Positions 25,395 through 64,000 of a DNA stretch of 64,000 nucleotides are shown here, piece after piece; the first letter of the stretch is position 1, and every line of letters starts with the position of its first letter. The stretch is from Tubiluchus corallicola (Eukaryota > Animalia > Priapulida): contig JAQGDQ010000541.1 of NCBI GenBank assembly GCA_030141605.1, positions 83,737 to 147,736 of the forward strand, in the 5' to 3' direction. Under the pieces are notes generated by a model that saw only the letters and a list, made by a program, of their open reading frames with translations, did no database searches and had not been told where the DNA came from. Both the position numbers and the translations under genes were made by a program.

Positions 25395-25713
25395 GGTGAC
25401 TCGCTATACATGCAAAGTCACAAAATGGCTGTACGTCTCCTATTCCTAAATACAGGCTAATATCGCCTCATTGGGAACTCGATAAAAACATAGAACTGTT
25501 TAAGCTAAGGCCGATGCTGCCTGTCGCATAAAGGCCGTTCAATTGCCTTTCAACATAAAAGGTAAAAACACGAAACTGTCTACAAAAACACAAAAAAAAC
25601 ACGCCGAGTAGTACAGACAAGCTGTCTGCCTAAAGCAAAATGCAGCACTCACCAAACCCAATAATGTCGATCCATTCCAGGCGGCAATTTCGGATCCCAC
25701 TTATGTGCACCAG

Positions 25714-26063
25714 TGTAACGGATCCGGGTCCTTTTCAGGCGCCGATCCGTCTCCTCAGAATGTATCGAGCGGCATACAAGTTATGAAAGTATTACAGCAG
25801 ACGAGAAAAGTAAAAAGAGTACGAATGCAAAATAAATTAAACTTTATTGCACAACCGGTAACTCCAAAAGAATGACATGTGAACAGACTTTGTATAAAAA
25901 AATCAGCAAACCTACAGCAATCACCTTTACAGACAGAAAGGCCAGGTTGGAATCGTCAAATTACGGCATGCATTCTGTTTTATACAGGTACATTTGCATT
26001 ACTGGTCTTCTCGACTATACCCATTACTAACATTATGGGGTTAGTCAAAACCCGTCTTCGTAA

Positions 26064-26065
<2 letters not shown>
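25714..26065 (-). repeat. 5' LTR (352 bp)
   Basis: Direct repeat of 23788-24140, followed on the minus strand by the PBS. Confidence 0.93.
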
Positions 26066-26094
<29 letters not shown>

Positions 26095-26627
26095 GATAGA
26101 GTTAAAATTAAAACACAATAAAAAGTTACAGTAAGCTCATAAATCTCAAAACATAATAAAAACGTGTGTGTTATTATGAAAACAAAAAGAAGTATTGTGA
26201 AAAATGTGTCATGAAAGAACTACAATAGTCTGTTTCGTCTAGCTTTCATTCTAATAAATTAATCTATAATTCTCGCAAAGTAATCAGTAGTCAACTCTCT
26301 TTCAATGGACAGCAAAACTAACCCAGACAATCTATCCTCACCCATTGTAAAACGAAGGTAGAACTTTATCTGCTTCAGCTGATTAAAACATAGTTTAGCA
26401 ACCGCAGAGGTTTCATTAGCGTTACTCGTTGATACAAGACTTGCTAGTGTAATAGGGTTTATTAACTATAATTGTTAACATAGCCAAGGTAGCCTAAAAT
26501 TTGAAGTGCTACTTGTTTGCAATCATCACAAATAAGAAATTTCATTCTAGAAGAAAGAACAGTTGCAGATTGCAGTTTTAATTCTAGAAAAACTATTAAG
26601 TTTTACTCCAGATTATTGGTTTATTAA

Positions 26628-27124
26628 AGGAAAGGTCAACCCTTCTAGGAGGTTAGGGCTTATTTCAATGTTCAGAAAAAATGTTAGAAAGATCTAGTAA
26701 AAAAACTGCAATAAGCGCCTCATGTAACCAGTAAAATTACTTCAAAGTCTTGATCACTTCAGGCTTGGGCGCCTCCATTTTCAATGCTCATTCTTCTTCC
26801 AATGACATCATTCGTTCTGATGAAAACCAGCGCACTTTCAATTTTCACCAAAAATACAATAAGTTTTTACAAAAATATTGGATAAGTTATTTTGTAATAT
26901 TTTTGCGTGAACATTATGTAAGCTGCAGAAGTTTGAATTACTTTAATCAGCTCGCGCTTACGGAAAGCCACCACCAAGTCGCGAAGTCCCCCATTTACGT
27001 CACGATTTTCAAGTGAATAGCAGCAAACACCACGCCTGAAATTTTTTTAATCAGGTTATTTTTTTCTAACTTTAGGTGATAACAGTAAAATAAACCCAAT
27101 ATGCTGAGTGACTTGTTCTTTCCT
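26628..27124 (-). mobile_element. Kolobok-like MITE, copy 3
   Basis: ttaa|aggaaag...ctttcct|ttaa; reverse-complement homolog of 15181-15675. Confidence 0.8.
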
Positions 27125-28499
27125 TTAAATTTTTCAGTTTTTCAGCATAAGGAATTTTATATTACGCAGTATAAACGGTTGGCTTTGTTTATCGTTTATG
27201 TAAAGACGTTCTAGATGTGTAGTTCAGATAAAGGCGAGTGCATTGACAGCATGTTCTGCTCGCATAAATGTATCCTGGCTTGTTTTACTGTTTGTTTTTA
27301 TAGTGTTTTGGGGTTTTGTGACGTCGTAAAAAATGAGCTGTCATGAAAAGCCAAGATTGGATCTATAATTCATGGTTCGAATGACGTCATCAATCGATGA
27401 CATTAATTTGTTTTTGTTGCGGTTCATCAGTTATTCTGATATTTATTCATGTTTATTTGGGCTAGCTTTCTTTATGAAGTAATATAGTGTAACATAGTGG
27501 GTAGTGTTCTTAGTTTTTATCTAAAAAATAAAATTAAAAAAGGCATTTGTATTTTTAACGAGAAATATAGCTACATCTATCTGAAACGTCAGTGTGCGAT
27601 TGGGTGGCAGTAATTTTTATTTTAGTTTTTAACTCCTTCAGGACCGCACCATTCTAAATTGGTCTTGTAAGACCTAATTTTTTCTGCTATTGTATGAGCA
27701 CAGACATTACTGAATGATTACAAATTAGGTAGTGTTCGATTTAGGAGAATCACAGCTATCCAATCATGCTATTTGTTTAAACATTTATACGTGATTTAAT
27801 TGGATAAAGTTAAGAAAAACACGCCCTTTTCAGGCACTTCAACTAAGCCTATCGTGTAGCTTCGTCCGGTGTAAATTTCCTTGATCGTACCCAATGTTTT
27901 CTTGATCGCCTGCTTGCTACAACCCAAGAGAAACATCTGCTGTACAGAATTTCAAGAAAAGCCAACCCATCAGTCAAGGAGAAATTAAGGTCGTTTCATC
28001 TTTTAACAGGAATTCTCAAAAATAAGAGTAGACTTGAGGCCAATGTGTATCAGAATGTTGTGTCTGGATACCTGAAATTTTCTGCATTAGCAGATTCCTC
28101 ACAAGTGATACTGCGTATTGCATTCTGTTGTTCCATGTGAGAGATGGGAGCATAAAGTGATGTGTGAAACTCATGGAACAGAAAAGCAAATAGGAAGACA
28201 GTGGAAGAGAAAAGAGGAAATAAAAGCAAGGAAAAGAAGCCGGAGAAGAGAAGAAGAGGAAAAGCTGAAAAAATAAGTTGGGAAAAGATAAACTGGGGAG
28301 GGAAGACAAAGAGTGTGGGAGGATAAAGAGCAGTGTAGACAATCCAGTAAATGGAAAGAACCTTTCCAAGAGCGACATCCTCAAAAGTATAACACCAGTA
28401 AAGTCAAAGCTTGCAGGCAGCTACTAATGGTTGCAAGACGAGGAAAGTTTAGACATATAATTACCCTACGAAATAGAATTCATATACTTATGTATTTAT

Positions 28500-28935
28500 G
28501 TACATGTAAAATGACCTTAGTGTGATAATAACATTAGACTTGAAATTTTCCAAGCAATTTGTATCCTTTGTTAAGAAAGCAAACAAAATTTTGGGGATGA
28601 TAAAGAGGCACTCGTTTCTAGAAATAAAGAAATTATATTGAAATTATACATTGGTTCGGTTAGACCGCATCTAGAATACTGTGTGCAGCTTTGGAATCCC
28701 CATTATCAGAAACGCATGTTGTTTAAGGAAGGTGTGCAAAGGCGTGCTACAAGAATAATATTTAGTTGTAAAAGTCTGAGATATTTAGAAAGATTGAAGT
28801 ATTGCAGTTTGACCACGGTTGAATTAACAAGGCACCCTGGAGATCTTATTGATGCTTGTAAAGTACTAACTAGAAAAGAAAGCATTTTGCTTGAAAAGTT
28901 CTTTAATTTGGTTGTTGATGAAATTGTTTGATGAA
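28500..28935 (+). mobile_element. CR1-type LINE 3' fragment
   Basis: KKANKILGMIKR...KLY.GSVRPHLEYCVQLWNPH...VQRRATR...RLK...LTT.E. Confidence 0.85.
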
Positions 28936-31276
28936 AGATGCAGCGGCTCGTACAGTGCAATGAAATTCAACGCTTGCAACTTGTGACTTGTTTGTAACTT
29001 ATTGTAAGGCGAAGAATTGTAAGATTATACGAAAGTGCAATTAAATGTAATGCCTTATAGTACAATATAGTAAAATGCAACATAGTATAATGCAACGAAA
29101 TGCAACGAGTTGTAGGTGTAGTTCAATAAAATGCAATGCTGTGCAAAGTTAACGCACCGTCACTTTTTTATTTCATGTAATTTATATAATGTAATTGTTA
29201 CCTAAAATGATAATAAATGACAGTAGCAATATCATGTCAACTCTGTGACTCAAGTTTTTCACAAACTTTTCTTTCAAGCTATTTCAGTTTGCAAATTACG
29301 ATGATTAGCTTCGCGAAGTCTTAAAAGATTTTTGGTTTTGAGCTCTCAAGGCGGAAATTGAAGTTGCGATAGAGCTGGATCGATGAACAGTGCTAATTTG
29401 TTAGAGTGGCTGCAAGCAGCACCTCGAAAGCTCTTGTAAAATTTTAGAGGTTTTAGAAACGAAGATCAAGAGTTTTATTTTGTGGCGTATGGTAAATTTT
29501 GAAATCGAAGAAGCTGATTGACGGTCTAGGACTTTTTGACAATTTTTTAAAGAAAGATCCAGATGCGACAGTCCTACAGCTTATCCTTTGCCATCTGTGC
29601 ACGAAGTCGTCTTGTTATCTTGGCATCATCTTTTTAATAGAGTAAATGGCCAACCAGCAATCTGCGGTGCCCAAGAAAACAGTGATGGGTTCAACTCGAG
29701 ATAGAAGAATTATGTGGAAATAAATTAAAAGTAAAACGGATAAATGAATAAACTAAGCAAAGCTTTGTTTAAAAATTTCATAATTTGATATAACCATTTT
29801 GACGTTGACATACATATGCATATGTACTTTACTTGCAATAAAATAAATTACAATAAAATCACAATCCTCATTGTTAAAAATATTTTCAATACTAAAACAC
29901 TGTTAAAGGCAAATTCATCTTGTACAAAACTATAAACTATTAGTACATAAAAATTAAAACTAAACGAAATTACATACATAAATACAGTAGGTTCACGACA
30001 CTATACATGGGCACCATGCGATTAGTGAAGTACATTACAATATGCACATAATACATAATACATAACACAATACATATGTGTTATGCAATACATATGTGTT
30101 ATACACAATACATAGGTATACTACAATAAGTAAAATACATAATCAATGTATGATAAAATTTTCATCAACTATCACAATATACACAATACGTTCGTATATA
30201 ATACCTACCAAAAATTACTTGTACAGATTGCCGTTTTAATTTACTATTTATGAGTTGCGAATTTATAATTGTTCTTTTTCAGTTATTAGGGACGTGAGTA
30301 TACAAAATTTGAATTAAAGAATTTAACGTCATTTACATGAGTTGGTTTTTGAAATCTACTTAGTTAGCATTGTTTCGGTTTCTCTTTATTACACTATCAT
30401 AGCACTCAATTCGTTTTGGCTCAGGATTAGCAAATGTAGATAACATAACAGTGGATTTATTAAGTGATTATTCTGATTGTTTACTGTATTTTAATGCAGT
30501 TTGCATGACAACTTGGTTCAAATGTGTTCGCAAAATGTCAAGCTATCTGTAATAATTCACGGCTAATTCAGCTGATTTATCAACTATTCAGGATTTAGTT
30601 CCAGGTCATATCATACTGTCATTAATAACTTCAGTAATGTGACAGCCCGGGATAAGGTTTGATTTCTAATACTTTGATAAATTATTGTGTCGTTTTTTAT
30701 TTAAAGGAATATGGTAGTTAAGCCAACATCAACGAAAGCTCAGTTTGTTCAGCATCTGAATTAGCAGCCGAATCACCTTCGCATCATCAGTAGCTTTGTA
30801 CGAGCCGCTGCATCTCTCTGCAAAGGTTTCCCGCAAACCTAAGAGATGCTATTAAACTTAGCTAACGTAAACAACGCAAGTAAACACCGTGGATGGAGGG
30901 TTATCACAGTTAAGAAGCAATTTCCAAACCTGGCTGCCACGTGCCTTGGCTTCGCTTAGCGTGTCTGTGAATGAAATCAACGTATTGGGTTGAGCAACAA
31001 CAAGTAAAGGTAAGATAGGTGCTTTAGTCACAAACAGATCTTCTCGCTACTAGATAGATAGGTTGAAAACATTTATTTGCAACGTAAGAAACGAGTACCT
31101 TATTTCTCTGATTAATTTATTGAAATCTGAAAAGAGTACACGAAAAAGAAGTTTCGTCACTTTTTACTCACTTAGTCAGGTCAGCTTTTACTTCACTTAG
31201 GTTTCAGCTAATGTGTTCATTAAGTTTAATATAAAGTTAAAGTATTAAGTGTGACATTTTGTTTCTCAGATCGAAC

Positions 31277-59338
<28,062 letters not shown>

Positions 59339-61033
59339 ATACACTGATACATGTGTAGTCAGTTTCCTAGATTTTAACTGGATGCCTAGGCTGGTAAACG
59401 TGGGTGGAGTGAGCACGAAAGTTTTTTTTACTGTTGCTAAGAAAAAAACATTTTTTCACTATAAGCAATAAAGCTGCATGGAACATTGTGTAATCCCCAA
59501 ATAAAAGTATTTCTTACATAAAACATTTCCCAACATTCCTGCCCATATATGGTATGTATAATTCTTTTTCCTTGGCATTATTTGTGCAATTCGATTCGAC
59601 ATTGTATCAACAAGTTTTGGTATACTTGGTAAACCTGTAAATGTGTGTACAGGAAAACTTTGAAAACTTCTGTAATTTGCCTTATGAACATCTTTAATTG
59701 TATTAGTGAATAACATGTATAATGCATATTCATACAGCGAAGACCCCAAATATATCAGAGAAATTCACAAAAAAAGAACGTATAGGCATGATTTAAAAGA
59801 ACAAGGAAATATATTCCCATAAATACTAATTCTTTTGTTCATTTAATACGACTGTGATTCTATTTAGTGTAGCTATGTAAAAATAGTGATTTTTTATACA
59901 GTGAGTAGTCTAGTCTTATCTTTTGTGCCGAAGTTCTACTTACAATAAGAACTTTTTATACGAAAGACAGTAGTGTATTATTTCTTATGACCGTTTGAGA
60001 ATTAGGGTTAACCTTAGTCTAATAATATATTATGTATTATGTATATACGAGCTTTTGTGTAAGCGTACGAGTTATTTATTGATCTTTAGCCAGCGTGTAT
60101 TATAGAAATATACAACACAATATTAACTACTCAAATTGAACATTGTATCATTAATTAAAAAATAGTAATGCTGAAATTTAAAAACCTTTTCGTACTTATA
60201 GCTAGATCTTTTGCTCTCATTGAGAATATCGTAAAAACGTGTGCAATTGTAGCTTATAGTGTGCAAACAATTGGTCTTCTCTTTTGAAACTAGTTTAGGT
60301 TTTTGTATCTCTGCAGTTTGATTAAACCCTTTTGAGTGTGGAAGTGATATATTTAATACGTGCTTTACATCGGACGTTTGTATCTAAATATCTAAATCAT
60401 TTTGTGCATGCTTATTTTGAGATTTTTTTCAATTTATTTTTATTCATACTGAGACAAAGTATATTTTTATTGCTTACTCATTATTTATGCCATTTAAGGA
60501 ATGACTACTTTTGGTTTCAGTATAACAAGTTAACGTTTAAACTGTACAGCAGTGGTGAAGTCCTGCTACTATAAAAGCTTACTTGGTCGGGACTTCACCA
60601 TGTGTTTACCAGCGTTATTATAAAATTGGGATACCTCTCTTCTGGGATAGCTGTTCAAACCGCTAGCTTAGGATGTGCCTGTGTATTGGGGAAAAATCTG
60701 TTCACAGTCTTAATACAATGTTACATAGATAACATAGTGATAAAAAGAAGAGGAAAAGAGAGGACAGAAGACGAGACAAAAGGAGAGTAGAGGACAAGAC
60801 AGGAGAGGAGATCGGAAATCGGAAAGGTGTGCATGATGTCCACATTTGACATTCTTCGACCTAATTGGGCAGAGAGTAGAGGAGGAGAGAGGAAAGGAGA
60901 GGTGGAGAGGAGACGAGAAGAGAGAAGTGAGACGAATCGAGGAGAGGGGATGGCGGGAGACGAGAAGAGAAGAGAGGAGAGGAGAGAAGAGAAGAAGAGA
61001 GAAGAAAGAAAGGACTTGCTGCTGTTGTTACTT

Positions 61034-61205
61034 TTAATTTCTATTATTGTTGTTCTTAATTTCTACTATTGTTGTTCTTAATTTCTACTATTGTTGTTCT
61101 TAATTTCTACTATTGTTGTTCTTAATTTCTACTATTGTTGTTCTTAATTTCTACTATTGTTGTTCTTAATTTCTACTATTGTTGTTCCTAATTTCTACTG
61201 TTGTT
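61034..61205. repeat. 22-bp minisatellite (ttaatttctactattgttgttc) x~8
   Basis: Visible repeats. Confidence 0.93.
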
Positions 61206-61959
61206 GGATGACACAAGTTCAGTTGACGTGCTCTACGCTCAGCACACAATGCAGGTCTTTTATTTTGACCATAACTGTAACAAAGATTAAGCAGGTCTTA
61301 TTATCCTGCAATAACAAATTATTGAAGCTTATTTAGGTTCTTAAAAGGAAGAAAAGATTTGGTAGTAAGATGGTCAACTTGTGCAAATAGATTGCACTTA
61401 AAAGTAAAGGAACTTTGCGTTTATTAAAAATGTTTAGGCAAAAATTGTTAGCGCCATATTTCTAGTGGTGAAGAATTTGAGGCGGCGTTAAAAAGCTGTC
61501 ATGGTGATCAACTCCAACACGTCAGTTTATAGGCGTAACTTTCAGATGCGTGAAGACGAGACAACTCAAGCAAATCATTTGCTTTGCGGTCTTGCTATGA
61601 GTGTGAGCAGTGCTCCAAGAAAAAACAGAACAGTTTTTAGTGAAGTGTAATATTGATTTTAAGTGCAAAATGTGTGATTTTGTTAAAAAATTGAAAATTT
61701 TGTTGTCTGTACAAAACAATTTATTCTTTGCACTTAACCACAGAAGTAATCACGCTTTAGTCTTCTATTTTGTCTAATAAGTGGATTGTGGCTGCAAGGT
61801 GATTTAAGAATGGAATGGTGGCATTTCATAAAACAAGTTTTAAATTAACGTTCTCACAGTAAAAGTGAAAAATCGCCTGGCTTTTCATTGAATTTAAAGC
61901 TTCGTTGGGTTGAAAGCAGCAACTTAACTTTCAAATTTCTCACAGAAAACTGATCACGT

Positions 61960-62012
61960 TTCGCCATCTTGATTTAGAAATACGCGCCACTTCGTGACGT
62001 CATCGACGTGAT
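61960..62012. promoter_or_regulatory. Candidate promoter motif cluster (YY1-like, CRE)
   Basis: cgccatcttg (AAGATGGCG on the minus strand) and gtgacgtcat within 45 bp, in a locally CpG-rich patch. Confidence 0.35.
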
Positions 62013-62224
62013 TCGCCTGGAATATTGCATGGAGTATGAATTTGCTTTATAAATTTATGTCAGGCATCAGCAAGCTAATTCTGTCTTTATAACTGTCCTG
62101 CCTATGTTTTATGGTAAGTGTTAATCCTATGTGCAATCATTTTAAATCAGTTACTTTAATTTATATAAATGGGTCTTGTAGGGCTGTGATCTATCATGCA
62201 ATGATAATGTTGTTTGGATACATG

Positions 62225-62665
62225 TGCGGGTTTTGCAGGTTTGACAGTATGACGGGTTTGACAGGTTTAACAGTATGGCGGGTTTGGCAGCTTTGACAGT
62301 ATGGCGGGTTTTGCAGGTTTGACAGTATGGCGGGTTTGACAGCTTTCACAGTATGGTGGGTTGGCAGGTTTGACAATATGGCGGTTTGGCAGGTTTTTCA
62401 GTATGGTGGGTATGGCAGGTATGACAGTATGGCGGGTTTTGCAGGTTTTGCAGTATGGCGGGTTTGGCAGCTTTGACAGTATGGCTGGTTTTGCAGGTTT
62501 GACAGTATGGCGGGTTTGGCAGTTTTAACAGTATGGCGAGTTTGCAGGTTTGACAGTATGGCGGGTTTGGCAGGTTTGACAGTATGGCGGGATTTGCAGG
62601 TTTGACAGTATGGCGAGTTGGTAGGTTTGACAGTATGGCAGGTTAGGCAGTACAGCATGTATGAC
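62225..62665. repeat. 26-bp minisatellite (ggcgggtttggcaggtttgacagtat) x~17
   Basis: Visible repeats. Confidence 0.93.
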
Positions 62666-64000
62666 AGTAAAAAGTGCGGTTGCACAGAATGTAAGTAATT
62701 AAGTGTGGCAGTTGTTGTGATTGTCAGCAAAAAAGTGCGGTTGTGCAGAAAATAAGTAAATAAGTGCGATTGCATAAAAAATGTGCGGTTAATTACTTAA
62801 CCTGCTTGCTTAGTTTAATTTAATTTTAATAATCTTGGGCAGGTGGCGCCACAGCACGGAAGTGTTTAATTCAGATAAAATGAACAATGCCAAAATCCGT
62901 GTTTTAGCTTTCTAGTTTTGCCAAGGTAGAAACCACCTGACTATCAAAAAGCAGATGCAGCATCATTGTGACAGATAATGTCTGTTAACTTGACTTTACA
63001 CACAGCTATTTGTTATAGTCCAACAGGCTTTTGTGTCTTAGTTATTTTTTTCAAGGAAGTGCCTCACTTGTTCTTGCTAGATTTTCAAAAATATTTTGCT
63101 CATGTTTTTCCCTCTTAGGGGGTCAAACGCAGAATTCGCCACTGAGAAACAAATGACGAAAATTGTGTCTGGATTCTGGACATAAAGATTAAAATTGAAG
63201 TCTCTCAGGAGTACTTGGTGTTGCAGGAGAACAGATGCTGGCCTTGGTCTTGAATGTTTTGAATGTTGAAAAAGATTTTATTTTTTAAATTGCCAATTTG
63301 TTTATTTACAGGTTATTATCTGTGGAGCTTCAAAAAGTTTATGTGGCTAAAAGTCACTTTAAAACTTGAAACATTTCACATGTTCTGCCTACTGTGTCTC
63401 ACTGCAACGTTGGAAACGTCTAGGAAGCCACAATTACAACAAAATTCGTCTTTTTCCTTCAACAGCTCTGTGAATCATGTGCAATGTTGTAAAAAATCAG
63501 CTGAATCTCAAATATCACAGACTTGGTGAGGTTGATGACTGTCACGGTCGTGCTTAGCAGATTAAAACGAATAGCCATTTAACTGTAATAACACGTTTAC
63601 GTGGCATTTGAAAAAAACTATTAGCTATATCTGAATGTATTGTATTGAACCTGTCATTAATAACTAATTAACCGAATTTGGTAAACGTTATAAACTGGTG
63701 GCTCCACCTATCGGGAGTTCAACAAAGAAATGTTACAGTTCAACTTTTTGGACCAAATTCTGGCTTCATGATCTCATACCTATAGTACTGCTGTGATTGG
63801 ATGATTAACTGGGTCACGACAGGTATAACTTGAGAGGTGCAGATTATTCCACGAGGTTACGGAGATAGTGGTTAAATGGCCGACTCAGCTAAAAGGCCAA
63901 TTGATTTTGTCTTTGTCGGGGCGTTGGCCGACAAGACGTCACTTCGGATACTTTTATGATCAACTTCATGACTTGCAATAGCTACGTGAATTGAATTGTT

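Larger units (their letters stand above)
23788..26065 (-). mobile_element. Non-autonomous LTR retrotransposon (TRIM/LARD-like), no protein coding
   Basis: LTRs at 23788-24140 and 25714-26065 (TG..CA, two differences seen). Minus-strand PBS TGGTGCACATAAGTGGGAT (tRNA-Leu-like) and PPT GAGGAAGGGGTAG (24141-24153). Inserted in a (TA)n tract. Confidence 0.92.

Noticed and set aside
25089-25460. 123-aa repetitive ORF (LKTVFWHPSHYGTLNYH)n
   Set aside because: A by-product of a stop-free 51-bp (multiple of 3) repeat, antisense to the element, with no other coding evidence.

Overview
AT-rich, microsatellite-dense animal (probably invertebrate) genomic DNA. Main contents: (1) an apparently intact, young Ty3/Gypsy LTR retrotransposon on the minus strand (1-7075; 3' LTR cut by the window edge) with the Gmr1-type domain order Gag(SCAN-like, CCHC)-PR-IN-RT-RNaseH in a single 1606-aa ORF. 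(2) A 23-exon ADAMTS2/3/14-like procollagen N-proteinase gene on the plus strand (CDS 31277-59338, ~1056 aa as assembled by hand from GT/AG sites and exon phase). (3) A galactose-3-O-sulfotransferase-like gene with an intronless CDS nested antisense in ADAMTS intron 5. (4) A 2.3-kb young non-coding LTR element (23788-26065, minus strand) carrying a tRNA-like Pol III unit, an adjacent ~50-nt hairpin and an oligo-T terminator, plus a 6 x 51-bp hairpin array; this is the most unusual item in the window. (5) Decayed LINEs, a bipartite RTE derivative with TSD, several MITE families, SINE fragments, and many micro- and minisatellites. All calls come from reading the sequence by eye; no database searches or folding programs were run.
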